DNA of 64,000 bases from Octopus bimaculoides. Its lineage: Eukaryota. The notes beneath the pieces are model-generated. The model searched no databases, was not told the DNA's origin, and worked only from the letters and a program-made list of their open reading frames with translations. Every line of letters starts with the position of its first letter. Positions within the stretch are counted from its first letter, which is position 1. Of the stretch, positions 36,738-51,014 are shown piece after piece. The stretch lies in contig NC_068987.1 in the NCBI RefSeq assembly GCF_001194135.2, forward strand, positions 5,812,718 to 5,876,717. Reading direction: 5' to 3'. The position numbers and the translations under genes were made by a program.

Positions 36738-37917
36738 CATATATATATGTATACACATACATATATATATGTATACACATATATATATGTATGTGTATAC
36801 ATATATATATATGTATCTGTATNNNNNNNNNNNNNNNNNNNNNNNNNNNNNNNNNNNNNNNNNNNNNNNNNNNNNNNNNNNNNNNNNNNNNNNNNNNNTA
36901 TGTATGTAAGTATGTATGTATATGTATATATATTTACATATGTATATATATGTTTGTTTGTGTGTGTATACATGTATATATTTAGTTGCGGATATATATA
37001 TATTTACATATATATATATATATAAAGATAGATAGATAAATAGATATACAGAGATACACACACACACACTCACACATATATTTAAGTATATAAATACTTG
37101 TGCGTGTGTATGTTTGTGTTTGCATATACGTGTGTGTGTGTATGTATGTGTGTGTGTGTGTCTGTGTGTGTGTGTGTGTGTGTATGATGGGTATGTGTGT
37201 GTATGATGGGTATACTAAAAACGGATACGTAAATCGTAAATCTAATATTGAAACGCAGCGCCTAAAGGTGAAAAGTAAGGTGAAACATCAAATTACTTTT
37301 CTGAATAGTTGAGGTGTCCTGAAATTTTAATTTTCACTTACCATTTTATTTACTTATTTATTTACCAAGATATTCGTTGCGGTTCTAATCTGATTATTTC
37401 GCAGAAGGTACCATAAAAACAAATACATACAAAAAAATAAAATAAAATAAAAGTAAAGAAGATTAGAGTATGTTTGTTGAATTTAATTCCCATCGATGGT
37501 CGTAGAATGTAAATTATGTATGTATGTGCGTTGTGTCCTGCAGAGAAATGACAGCGGAATCGAGGATTAAGAGTGGAAATGAATCACTTTTATAGGAGAC
37601 TGTGCTGAATATTGATGCCTCATCAATAACAGCAACACAGTGTTTTTAGTGGACGCGAATGAATACCCAGGTAGGAGGGATATATAAACACACACAAACA
37701 CACACACAGCCACACATACATACGCACACGAACACAGACGCATGCATACATACGCGCGGGTTCACACTCACGCGCAAACACGCTCACACGCGCGCGCACA
37801 AACATACACACCCGAACATGCATATGTGGGCGTGCGCGCGCACCCAGACACAGACACATGCGTACTCATAGACGCATACACACACGTACGCAAACATGCA
37901 CAGACACACTCACTCAC

Positions 37918-37960
<43 letters not shown>

Positions 37961-38008
37961 TAAACATATATATATATATATGTGCGTGTGCGCGTATGTG
38001 TACTCACG

Positions 38009-38076
<68 letters not shown>

Positions 38077-38079
38077 CGA

Positions 38080-38195
38080 TGAGCTTCTTTTAGTTTCCAT
38101 TTATCAAATCCACTCATAAGCCTATTAGTTGATCCTAGGCTATAGTAGAAGATACTTGCCGGCAGTGTCACACTACTTAGTGCGACTGAACCTGG
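38080..38195 (-). mobile_element. SINE family A partial
   Basis: tttagtttccatttatcaaatccactcataagcc...ggctatagtagaagatacttgcc. Confidence 0.75.
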
Positions 38196-38489
38196 AATCA
38201 ACCCTTTATCTATTATACTGAATGCGCATACATGCTGTAGTTGCTGTGATAACATGTATTGTGATAACATGTGATAACGTGTATTGTGGATGTGACATGT
38301 TTCGAAACAGAATATACAACGTAGAAGGACAAAAAACGACCCAGTAGCTGTTATGGAAACGTAGAGTGCAGTCACAGCAAGTCTCATGCTTAGACGAGTT
38401 TGTCGTCTCCGATATCAAGGTATACATCGTCATGATTCGTATTCGGTGTAGCATTGTAACCTTCGCATTAATATTGGCTTCACATATTG

Positions 38490-38910
38490 GCACAAGGCCT
38501 GCATCACGAGGGTCGATGTAAGTCTATTGCATCGACCCCCCAGTGCCCAACTGGTACTTCTTTTATAGACTACAAAATGACGAAAGGAAAAGTCATGGCT
38601 GGTGGCATTTGATCTCAGAATGTAAAAAACGCACGAAATGCCGCGATGTATATTTCTTCCTCGGCGTGCTAACGCTTCTTATTTCTTTATTGCCCTCAAG
38701 TGGCTAAACATGGAGGGAACAAACAAGGACAGACAATGAGATTAAGTCGATTACATCGACCCGGGTGCGTAACTGGTACTTAATTTATCGATCTCGAAAG
38801 GCTGAAAGGCAAAGTCGACCTCGGCGGAATTTGAACTCAGAACGTAATGGCAGACGAAATACCGCTAAGCATTTCGCCCGGCGTGCTAACGATTCTGCCA
38901 GCTCGCTGCC
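38490..38910 (-). mobile_element. SINE family B dimer
   Basis: Reverse complement of the 22053-22483 structure, including the gggaacaaacaaggacagaca junction. Confidence 0.85.
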
Positions 38911-39071
38911 TTCTTTCGGACTGACACTGTTCACCCGGTTACCAATATCTCTTCCCTGATCCTATTTAAACCATATCCTTCAAACAACACACTAATCATT
39001 CTTTTGCTATTCTTGCGTTCACACAATTTATGAATTCCAACGATATCTTCGAATGAAAGAACATATATATT

Positions 39072-39866
39072 TTTTTCGCAAGTTCTTAGATAGGTGGTTA
39101 GAATCCTTATATATGTTAACCAATTTTCCGTTTGATTTATAGTAAGGCTTAAATGTATTTTTACATTTTTCTAAAACCCAAATTGATATCTATGAAATAA
39201 CAACGGTAGGTTTAGTTTCTGCAGCCGTACGGTGAGACTATTTCAACGGATTTCATTAAGTTCCTTCTAGACTATTCACATAGTAATTTTCTATTTTCCA
39301 TTTTATTTCTACATTTATTTACTTATATCCTTTTCTATGTATTTACTTGTATGTATTTTACTTAACGTTTTTCTTTACTTTTTCCCATTATTAATCTCTT
39401 CTCTTTGTTCTGTGTATTGTTCCGAATATGTAAACATACACACACAGACATGTGTATCTATGAGTGTGTATATTTATTCGTGTGTCTGGATGGATACTAC
39501 TCTATGATTAGCAGTTTATTGTTCTTACCTAGGTTATGAGTTCGGATGATGGCACCCACTTTTCTCATCTCAGTTCAAGTTACATCTTACCAATTATGGA
39601 AAAAAAAACATTCTATTCGTAAGAGGTGGGATTTAGAGGGAAGAAAGGTTACGTCGAAAAGACATAAATTGAACCAGTAAACTTAATGAAATCCATTGAA
39701 ATAGTATCACCGTACGTACGGCTGCAGAAACTAAACCTACCGTTGTTATTTCTTAGATAGTTTGTTTTTTTTAGTACAAATACATTTAAGCCTTACTATA
39801 AATCAAATGAGAAATTGGTAAACATACATAAAGATTCTAACCACCTACCTAAGAACTTGCGAAAAA
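39072..39866. mobile_element. MITE/foldback element with about 190-bp inverted arms (39072-39262, 39680-39866)
   Basis: tttttcgcaagttcttag.taggtggttagaatc...ggtaggtttagtttctgcagccgtac matches the reverse complement of gtacggctgcagaaactaaacctacc...gattctaaccaccta.ctaagaacttgcgaaaaa. Confidence 0.85.
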
Positions 39867-40827
39867 TGTTTTCCGATATTTGTACGCGCTTATCGATATT
39901 GTACGCAGGTGAAGCCATCTTTAGAAGTTTCTCTCAACAACGTAGCTCAAAGCTGAAGAGATATACGTTATTTTGCTAAATCGATACATGTCAGAAAATC
40001 ATGTACCAAAACACATGAAGAGAAAACAAAATTTTGCAGTAAAATAACTAAAGCAAAAAGAATTTCTTAAACTAAGAATCTCTTAAACTAGATATCACAA
40101 TTCATTAAAAAGATGTCAACTTTTCTTCTCAAGCGCGCCGTTTCTCTGTTGAGTGTCCTGTTAATAAGTTGGGTTTTTATTCATTCTACTCATTCCTAGA
40201 AATCTTGCCCTTTGGAACTTATTACCATCGTCTTGTTTTCTTCTGGACTATGATATTCACTCCTTTAAGCTTTCTATCAATCGACATCTTTTGAATTTAA
40301 AGACTTCTTCTTCTTTTTCTTTGTTGTCCTTTACAGTACAGGAGTCTCAAATATTGTCTGGAACAGAATCGAATAGAAAAGGAACATCCACAGCTTTAAT
40401 ATCATTAAGTAGTTAGCATACAAAACTTAACTTCTTTCTTCAGAAATCACAGAGCTCAATGGCTTCTTAACATTAACAACCAGAATGAAAATCCTGCATT
40501 CGTTGCAACTGTGCTAATCCTGATAACTGCCTTCTTAAAATTTTGCTATACTTACATACGTCCCCCGTGGCTGTGTCCCCAGTATGAAGTGAGTTATATC
40601 AAAAATAAATGTTTAGAAAGATTGAACACATATTTATGTGAATGTGGATGACAGGTTGTTTAAAGACGTGTAGGCGTGTTTTTATCCTTTTGAATAAATG
40701 CATATGTGTGTGAACATGCATATATGCAAATATTATGTGCACGAATATATACGTGTGCATATGCGATTAAACTCATGTATCCATATGCGTGAATAAGATT
40801 ATAACTTTCTTGCATTCGTATGCATGC

Positions 40828-40954
<127 letters not shown>

Positions 40955-41974
40955 TGTGTGTGTATGCTTTACACACATAGAGATTATGACCTTAATCGTG
41001 TCACCAAACGAATGTGTGTATTATCCAGGCACATCTCAATGAATGTGTCTGTGTGTATTTGTATGTGTTTGTATGAATATGTGTGCATGTGTACGCGCGT
41101 TAAAAGTGTTTCTGGGTGTCAGGGCATGTGTATTAGTTGGAAAGGCAACACATAAACACACACACACACGCAAACACGCACACACACACATATATATATA
41201 TGTACGAACGACCATAAACACACACATTCATACTTCAATACATACATGTTTGTATGATTGTGGACGTCTGTGTGCACGCATATCTGCTGACGAAGTCGAG
41301 AGGAATGCACGATGTTTTAATCCCTCCCTCTCTCTCCCCCTTCCCCCTCTCTCACTTCCCCACCTCTCTCCGTCTCTCAAACATTTCTCTGGAAGTTTTG
41401 GCTACATATTTTTTTTCCTAAAAAAAGCCCCTCCATTTCTTTCCATTTTTCCTAATTTTTCTATTTATATTGTATAGATAATTTTACTTATATCTTCTCA
41501 ACGCCAACAATTTATTTTCTTGGAAGTTTTCTTGGGAAATTTTTTATAAAATCCTTCTTACCGATATTTCCAATACTAATCTCCGATGTCCATTCATTAT
41601 GAAGCCGAAACAGTTCAACCGCCCACAGCCTCCCGATTTATCATCTTGCTCGTTCACACACTCCTACAATACATGAGATGAAGATAACCATCAATCAAAG
41701 ACAACCAAAACATAAAATTTATATTTCCTCTGCGTTCTCGAATATTCTGTATTTTCCCCAAAATTTATTTCTTTCAAAGATTCTTTCGTGAAACTTTTCA
41801 TTCTAAAAATGTTCTCTCTCTCTCTCCCTCTCCCTCTCCCCGCCCTATCTCCCTTTCTCTTTCTCTCCCTCTATGTATGTATACATATACATGTATATGT
41901 GTGTATATGTGTGTGTGTGTGCGCACGCGTAAGTATGCGTACATGTATACAACAATATATTTGTAGAGATTTAA

Positions 41975-42016
<42 letters not shown>

Positions 42017-42067
42017 ACACACACATATATATANNNNNNNNNNNNNNNNNNNNNNNNNNATATATAT

Positions 42068-42210
42068 AATACAGAAGGGGACAAGAACGCAAAACATCCA
42101 GACAGGCGATACAAGAAAGGGACAAAACATCCGGATAGACGATGCAAAGAAAACACGGAGAGATCATTCGGAGTTTTCTCTCTTCAGTCGAGATCCAGAT
42201 TATCCTTGCA
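42068..42210 (+). mobile_element. Copy of the 387-632 repeat family
   Basis: caaaacatccggatagacgatgcaaag...tcattcggagttttctctcttcagtcgagatccagattatccttgcaatttcg. The reverse complement is similar to 474-530. Confidence 0.55.
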
Positions 42211-42954
42211 ATTTCGATATACACATATATAAAAAAAAACACATAGAGAAGTGGACGGACAAATGAAACAGACAAACAATGACAGCTAGCATAGAGACAA
42301 TGTATCAAAAAGAAAAGACAGTAGAAGAAAAAAACAAATGAGACGGACATTGACAAGTTCGCTGAGTGGCAGACGAGAATATTGAACAACAGAGGATAGA
42401 CCCATCATAGAGATTCACTGAACAGTTGACGAAATACAGGTTTTGAGGTGATGTTATGTGAAAATTGGTGCATAATTATTGCATTAATTTTAATCATCTA
42501 ATATATTTTGAAACCTTGCGCATTCAGAATGTTAAGAAGGAGACAAAAAAAAAAACGACTTATTTAAAAGAAGAGAGGAGTGAGAGAGTGAAAAAGTGAG
42601 AAGTGGAATGAGAAAGACAGGGAGAATGTGAAAGAGTCTTCAACTGAATATATATTGAAAGTGTGTGAAAATGATTAAGTGTCGACTTTGCTGCTGATAC
42701 AGCAACGGAGGGCGTATTGTATTGTAAATCTTAGAGAAAAAAGAGAAGTAAACGCAAGCGATAAAATCACGTGATCAACACACGATATGAGAAAACAAAA
42801 CACAATTTTGCTTGGTAATTATAAATTTATCGTAATTTCATTTTGACACCAAACACGTACATTATGTATTTATGAAGAAAATATTGGAGAAGTTAAAAGA
42901 AAATAGTGTTGTTTGTTAATAGGACTTTGAAGAGAGTAAATTTAGATATAACAA

Positions 42955-43465
42955 GCGCAGGAGTGGCTGTGTGGTAAGTAGCTTGCTTACCAACCACATG
43001 GTTCCGGGTTCAGTCCCTCTGCGTGGCACCTTGGGCAAGTGTCTTCTACTATAGCCTCGGGCCGACCAAAGCCTTGTGAGTGGATTTGGTAGACGGAAAC
43101 AGAAAGAAGCCCGTTGTATATATATATGTATGTATGTATANNNNNNNNNNNNNNNNNNNNNNNNNNNNNNNNNNNNNNNNNNNNNNNNNNNNNNNNNNNN
43201 NNNNNNNNNNNNNNNNNNNNNNNNNNNNNNNNNNNNNNNNNNNNNTATATATATATATATATATTTGTGTGTCGGTGTTTGTCTTCACACCATCACTTGA
43301 CAACCATTGTTGGTGTGTTTACGCCCCCGTAACTTAGCGGTTTGGCAAAAAGAGACCGATAGGATAAGTACTAGGCTTACAAAGAATAAGTCCTGGGGTC
43401 AATTTATTCGACTAACTGCGGTGCTCCTGCATGGCCGCAGTCAAGTGACTGAAACAAATAAAAAA
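42955..43465 (+). mobile_element. SINE family A, complete, gap in internal microsatellite
   Basis: Head and tail both match 10691-11086. Confidence 0.9.
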
Positions 43466-43855
43466 ATGAAAAGAAAAAAATGAAAATAATGCTTTAACTA
43501 TCAATACTATTTCAGGTTGACGGTAACTGAAAGGAAATGACAAAACGGATTCAGCCATGACCATCCAATATTACATTGTGAAACTTCATCAAGACTATTA
43601 TCCAGATTGCGTCCTGTCTTGTTTAAGGTAGCACAATGTGACTAGTGCGAACTGGTTGCTTTTTCTTGGAGATCGAAACACGACACAGAGCAATGGTTCT
43701 CAACCAGGACTCATATGATATTTAGGGGTCCATATAAAGTTTTCTTGTTAAAATTAATGCGCAGTAAATTGATTATACTTCTAAAATAGACAAACTATTC
43801 TAAGGGTTTTTTTAATGTAATTTCCAATAATATTTAATTATAGAGATATAGTGTG

Positions 43856-44232
43856 ACACTCCGTCGGTTACGACGAGAAGGGTTCCAGTTGATCCGAACA
43901 ACGGAACAACCTGTTCGTGAAATTAACGTGCAAGTGGCTGAGCACTCCACAGAAAATGTGTACCATTAACGTAGTTCTCGGGGAGATTCAGCGTGACACA
44001 GAGTGTGACATGACTGGCCCTTTGAAATACAAGTACAACAGAAACAGGAAGTAAGAGTGAGAGAAAGTTGGGACCAAAGAGTACAACAGCGGTTGCCACC
44101 ACCTCCTGCCGGAGCCTTGTCGAGCTTTAGGTGTTTTCGCTCAATAAACACTCACAACGACCGGTCTGGGAATCGAAACCGCGATCCTACGACTGCGAGT
44201 TCGCTGCCCTAACCACTGGGCCATTGCGCCTC
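43856..44232 (-). mobile_element. SINE family C, complete (tRNA-Arg-like head)
   Basis: Minus strand head gaggcgcaatggcccagtggttagggcagcg...ggtttcgattccc has A/B boxes. The tail ends ...gtcgtaaccgacggagtgtca. Confidence 0.85.
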
Positions 44233-46834
44233 TACTCATAGATATAGTATGATTATTTCAAACAGTGAATGGTTATGAGGGTCCAACTGGAATCAATGGG
44301 GTTAATAGGTACAAGAAATGGTTGAGAGCCACTGGTGTAGAGGTTCCTTCATTGCTGCTGCTGCTACTACCATTGCTTTTACAGTTGCTTCTGCAGTTGT
44401 TGGTGTTTTTATTGTTCTTGCTGGTGTCGCTGCTGCTGNNNNNNNNNNNNNNNNNNNNNNNNNNNNNNNNNNNNNNNNNNNNNNNNNNNNNNNNNNNNNN
44501 NNNNNNNNNNNNNNNNNNNNNNNNNNNNNNNNNNNNNNNNNNNNNNNNNNNNNNNNNNNNNNNNNNNNNNNNNNNNNNNNNNNNNNNNNNNNNNNNNNNN
44601 NNNNNNNNNNNNNNNNNNNNNNNNNNNNNNNNNNNNNNNNNNNNNNNNNNNNNNNNNNNNNNNNNNNNNNNNNNNNNNNNNNNNNNNNNNNNNNNNNNNN
44701 NNNNNNNNNNNNNNNNNNNNNNNNNNNNNNNNNNNNNNNNNNNNNNNNNNNNNNNNNNNNNNNNNNNNNNNNNNNNNNNNNNNNNNNNNNNNNNNNNNNN
44801 NNNNNNNNNNNNNNNNNNNNNNNNNNNNNNNNNNNNNNNNNNNNNNNNNNNNNNNNNNNNNNNNNNNNNNNNNNNNNNNNNNNNNNNNNNNNNNNNNNNN
44901 NNNNNNNNNNNNNNNNNNNNNNNNNNNNNNNNNNNNNNNNNNNNNNNNNNNNNNNNNNNNNNNNNNNNNNNNNNNNNNNNNNNNNNNNNNNNNNNNNNNN
45001 NNNNNNNNNNNNNNNNNNATATAAAACCTTAATCGAATAAACAAGGCAACAAGGCAAAAGGAAGAAGAAGCCAGCAACAATCAATAACTGTCCGCATGAA
45101 ACTAATACATTATATAACAGCTGAGGTAATAGATAACGTTATTGTTCGTGATTTTAACGACATTTCGAACCTCAGAAAGACCTCTTCTTTTTCACAGGTT
45201 TACTCGCCATTTATTTTTATAGAAGAGTGCTTTTCATTTTCTCTTGTTTTTTTGCTTTTCGCTTTTAGTTATTTTATCTTCATTTTGTTTTGCAAAACTT
45301 TTTAATTGTACAAGTTGATTATTTTTCTTTTCATTCAATCCATTTTTTATTCATCGTTGTTTGTTTTCTCTATTTAATTATATAAATTTTGAAAGTTAAA
45401 TTTTCATGCTGCATACGTTTATTTTTTATTTAGTTTTGGTTTCAAATTTTATTATTCGTTCATATTTACTGTTAGATGTTTAAAATGTTTCGTTTATTTT
45501 ATTCCTTTACCAATATATTCATATTTTTTATTTTCTGAGATATTCATGTCCTATTAAAATTATAATGTTATAAATTCTATTATTATAAACCTCCATGTTG
45601 TTTCTTGTAAATATAAATCGTGTATTTCATTTTTGTGTTCTCCAATTTTCTTTCGCTTCCAATTTATTTTTCTTAACCTAAAATTCATAAGATAACTGAT
45701 ATTATATCATAAGATAACTGATATTATATCTTATGTTTGATGTCTAGTGAACTTTCCACCTACTAATAAACAATAAAATGTATATATCTTTTATTTCCAA
45801 ACTTTATCATAATAAACAGTTTTACTTTTTTTTCTTGCTTTCATATGCAGTCTTTTCTTTCTGATATAAAAATAAAACGCTGTATTTTTTTAGGGAAAAA
45901 AAAAACCTTAATCGATTATTGATTGATACATATCTCTTTAATAGATAAGAAAAAAAAATAACACTGTGCATTTTTTCAGATATGTGAATATGTGTTCGAA
46001 TGACATTCGATTAACGCCGTGAGGTCACGAGCGATAAAAACATGTTTTAAGGCTAAAAGCAGATACTCGTATACTGTACATCGGAAATTGTGAATATTGA
46101 CGATTTTACGATTAACAAAATGGTACATAACATGACATTAAGAATAATAGCGAAGGGGAAATACATGTCTTACATATACATATATTAGATTATCGTGCCC
46201 TATTACTCGTGCTGGATATCAATTTGGTTGTAACGTATCGACTTGCTTTTATTTGGTATTTCATGTTTTACTTCAAAGGGAAACTTTGACTCGTTGCCAT
46301 TATCAAAATGTATAAAACCTTGCAGAATACTAGAAATGATTGAATGTTGCTCACACGCACACATGCACACACACACACACACACACACACTCAAGCACAA
46401 ATGCTCTCACACACACACAAACGCTCACGTATTCTGAATGTTTATGAAGATAAAACGGAACTTAAAGAACACTCTGTTGACGAAGAAAACTTTTCCGTTT
46501 CAAGTCAATAATGTTACGGTACGACAATTAATTTAGAGTAATCATTTTATTTCAATAGACATAAATTATTTTTGCTGTTATTATTGTAGCATCTTATCGA
46601 ATTATAAAGTCTGAATAGGTGTAAATATACTTTACAGAGCGAGAAAGGAAACTTACCACTCAAAAAATAGCAATCTTTTTGGAGAATAACATAACAGCGT
46701 CAGCGAAAGAAAGTAAAAAAGAACTAAATACGTTAGAAATAATTTGATGAATAACTTAAATAAAAATATATTTAAATTGCCGAACAGAAAGCATTTCGAT
46801 ATGAACACCGTACAAAGATGCGTTCTTTAATCTT

Positions 46835-47590
46835 TTATTTGTTTCAATCGTTAGCCTGCGTCCATGCTGGGGCACCGCCTTGAAGAAATTTTAGTCGAAT
46901 GAATCGACCACATTACTTATTTATCTTCTTGGTTTACGACAGTAATTAATTATATCACCTTCTTTGGCGGTATTTTATGGATGTAAACACACCAATACCG
47001 GTTGTCGAGTGGTGGTGGGGAAAACATGGACGCAAAGACACACATAGATACACACACACACACACACACANNNNNNNNNNNNNNNNNNNNNNNNNNNNNN
47101 NNNNNNNNNNNNNNNNNNNNNNNNNNNNNNNNNNNNNNNNNNNNNNNNNNNNNNNNNNNNNNNNNNNNNNNNNNNNNNNNNNNNNNNNNNNNNNNNNNNN
47201 NNNNNNNNNNNNNNNNNNNNNNNNNNNNNNNNNNNNNNNNNNNNNNNNNNNNNNNNNNNNNNNNNNNNNNNNNNNNNNNNNNNNNNNNNNNNNNNNNNNN
47301 NNNNNNNNNNNNNNNNNNNNNNNNNNNNNNNNNNNNNNNNNNNNNNNNNNNNNNNNNNNNNNNNNNNNNNNNNNNNNNNNNNNNNNNNNNNNNNNNNNNN
47401 NNNNNNNNNATATATATATATATAAATACGACGGGCTTTTTCAGTTTCCATCTACCAGATCTACCCACAAGGCTTTGGTGGGCCCGAGGCTATAGTAGAA
47501 AACACTGGCCAAAGGCGTCACTCGCTGGGACTAAAGCCGGAACCAAGTAGTTGGCAGGCAAGTCTCTTACCACACAGTCACGTCTGCGGC
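46835..47590 (-). mobile_element. SINE family A, with gap in internal (CA)n(TA)n and interrupted tail
   Basis: Head at 47430-47590, mid-tail at 46975-47040, end of tail at 46835-46915. Confidence 0.8.
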
Positions 47591-48344
47591 TATTGTAGTT
47601 CGATTCTAGCTTATTTATATTATCAGACTGAACTTAGTACAAGCTGTACAAAAATAAGTCTATTTATCAAATAAACGAGCTTTTAAAAAATATCTACGAC
47701 ACCTGAAAACATTGCTTTGCAAATGGCATAAGCGTATTCTTCTGAATCTACAATTCTGCAGATTTTATGCCTGATATAACTGCTGCAACATTAACAAGTT
47801 TTGAAGCCTATTATAAACATTCTTTCTTAGAAAGATACTGCTTTGCATTTTAAGATTTCTTATCATTATAATTTGGCAACACATACATCTTGGTAATTTA
47901 TGGCCAGCGCCAGTATGTAAGACGCAATATGATTCCATTTGTTATTAATCGATAGCTATATCATCCTCTTCTATGCAATAAATTATGCACAAATCCACCG
48001 ATACATCATGTAAAAGAAACAAAGTTTTCGGGAGAACATACCTGTACATTACAAATGAACTCCCTTATTAGTTTAGTTAGAAATCTTTCCTTGGTGAGGA
48101 TCCGTATATAAATGCTGCTATTAATCTGAAAGAGTTTTAAATTTGGATTGAGATGGCGTTAATCTATGTTCCATGTAAGTAAGCTTCGTTGAGATGTAGG
48201 TTGAAAAAAACATTAGATATTTTTACTTTTTATCGACTAGACTATCAGACGCTGTCACACATCGCTGGTCACAATGCGCTTCGCATTGGTTTAGCTTTCG
48301 AATGATGCCACCTCGAGTTACTCGTTTACAGCAGAGGGAAAGTA

Positions 48345-48552
48345 GTGAGCTGGCAGAATCGTTAGCACCCTGGACAGCTTCCTTAGCGGTATTTCGCCCG
48401 TCGCTACGCCCTGAGTTCAAATTCCGCCGAGGTCGGCTTTGCCTTTCATGCTTATGGGGTCGATGAATTAAGCACCAGTTGAGTACTGGGGTCGATGTAA
48501 TCGACCTAACCCTTCCTTCCAAATTTCAGGCCTTGTTCCTATAGTAGAAAGG
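48345..48552 (+). mobile_element. SINE family B monomer
   Basis: gagctggcagaatcgttagcacc...gagttcaaattccgccgaggtcggctttgcctttcat. Confidence 0.85.
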
Positions 48553-48574
48553 ATTTACAGCAGCATGGACGACA

Positions 48575-48680
48575 GGAATGTGGAATAAAGTGTTTTGCTC
48601 AACAACACAAGGTGCCACTCACTCCGGGATCGAAACTACGATCTTTTGATCGTGAGAGCAACACCCTAACCACGAGGTCA
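48575..48680 (-). mobile_element. SINE family D head
   Basis: aagtgttttgctcaacaacacaa...gggatcgaaactacgatc...caacaccctaaccac. Confidence 0.7.
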
Positions 48681-49009
48681 CTGACTTTCACATTTGTACT
48701 TGATATCTTGCATGAAATTTGTGCCTTCGGTATGATACAACATAACTGGTCTCTTCTGCTGTTGCGAAATATTTGTTTCTATCGACAAAGAACACACGAA
48801 CATTGTTGTGGTCGGCAATAAAGGAAGACCAGTGCATACTGCGGCAGTTGATATCCGATTTGAAGGAGAAAAGAGTGGTTGTCTGTTCTAAATCTACGGG
48901 AATCGTTTGAAACTAATAAAGACAAGTTTCTCCGATCATTTAACTGAATGAAAAGTGATCGTTACATTATGATTTGAAAACGAGGGTTCGGTTCATAAGA
49001 TGGTATCAT

Positions 49010-49262
49010 ACCCCTTCTTCAAGGCGATCGGCACAGAAAATCAAAGTGACAAAGCTGGCCCTTTGAAATACAGGTACAACAGAAACAGGAAGAAAGAGTG
49101 AGAGAGAAAGTTGTGGTGAAAGAGTACGGCAGGGTTCGCCACCACCCCCTGCCTGATCCTCGTAGAGCTTTACATGTTTTCGCTCAGTAAACACTCACAA
49201 CGCCCGGTCTGGGAATCGAAACTGCGAGTCCGCTGCCCTAACCACTGGACCATTGCATCCCC
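49010..49262 (-). mobile_element. SINE family C, 5' part
   Basis: Matches 44010-44232 (ggccctttgaaatacaggtacaac...ccggtctgggaatcgaaac...ccctaaccactgg). Confidence 0.85.
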
Positions 49263-49292
49263 ACACACATAATAATATATATATATTATATA

Positions 49293-49379
<87 letters not shown>

Positions 49380-49408
49380 ATATATATATAAATTTATATG
49401 TGTGTGTG

Positions 49409-49442
<34 letters not shown>

Positions 49443-49899
49443 AACAATGCATTGGGTGTATGTAATCAATGTATCCAACCAAACAGTAGGGTGTAGAATG
49501 TAACCATGTAATGTAAGTGGAAATATGTGTGCATCGTTTGTATGTACGTGAATTGGTGCGAAGGCCTGGCTGCATTGTTTTCTTTTTAATCAAGAAGTCA
49601 CGGATTTGATCCCACTGCGTGTCTTCTAGCGTTGCTTGGAGTCGACCTAATCTATTTGAGTGAAGTGAGTACACGGAAGTCCATTAGACGGTCTATACAG
49701 GCAATTCAATGGATTGTGCATATGTAAATCAAAGTCTTGTAAAGCACTGCGTCGTGATGCTACTGTCTGAGAGTAACTGCAAGGTTGAAAGTGGTTGTGT
49801 AGGAAATAGATGCGTAGTAAATTCAATGTGTAACCAGTTCGTTTGATAGAAGAATTTGAATGTTCAGATTTTGATTCAGATGTATACATTCACGCTCTC

Positions 49900-49947
<48 letters not shown>

Positions 49948-51014
49948 GCTACCCCTCTCTCACTCAGATACACATTTATACACATTTATACACAAAGATG
50001 TACATATACATGCCTGAGTAATAGATGGTAGAGTGGCACACCGTATGCGTATAGTCAAATTGTATTAAACTACATGCATCAACACACAAGTTAAAATGCA
50101 GATGGCGATACACATTCAGATGTATACACACTCTCACGCACTCACTCACACACTTGTATACACACAAACACAGCAAGCGACGATAAATTGAACTACACAA
50201 AAATGCATACTTATATACGTGTGTGTAATACGATTTACAGATACACCCGCATATCGTATACTGCATTACTTTCATACAATACGCATATATGTTGAAATAC
50301 ATTTATCGGTTCGCATTCAGATACGCATGTTACCATCTATTCAGTTGCTCATCTCTATCTTCTGGGGATTTATTTTGCCTTCAGCAGAAATGGTAATTAT
50401 TTCTTTCTGGTTAAAAAACTTACACGATATCTATCATGTTTATTACTTTCATTTACACCGGGTTCTACATCATATATTCTCGTTTCGTTTCCTTTTATTC
50501 CTTCCTTTCTACCATTTCTTCTTCTTTCGTTCTGCCGTACTTTCTGTTCTTATTTCGTTAGATGTTCTATTAATTTTCACCCAAAACGATGCACGCTAAG
50601 ATGGCGTCAGCAACAGAAAAGTTTAAATAAAATAAAATGTAAAAATAAAATTGCAATCACATATATTACTTTTGGAAACGAAAATAAGTTTTATGGCATT
50701 GAATTTACTTGTTTTACTGTGACACACTGACGAACAGTAGATTCCAGCGGATGAAAAATAGATGAAACATGTAGTGTTAAGTAAACTTTGGAAAATTTAT
50801 GAGTAATAAACTTCGAATATAATACGAAATAAACATCGGAGATGCTTTACTCAACGCAGAAACTGCGAGAGCCAATGAGAAGAACTGCAAACTCTTTTGA
50901 ATTCATTGCAATGTCGGAAACACTTTCGTATCATCAGTAAGTATATCAGGGTCACAAGCGTTTCGCTTCCGAAACTGTACGCTTCACCTGAATAGGAAAG
51001 GTTCCACCTGCAGT

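Noticed and set aside
48750-48900. Possible mariner transposase fragment (LLWSAI...RQLISDLKEKR)
   Set aside because: It is too short and weak to support.
50595-50630. YY1-like AAGATGGCG start context
   Set aside because: The ORF stops after 9 codons and there is no good donor.
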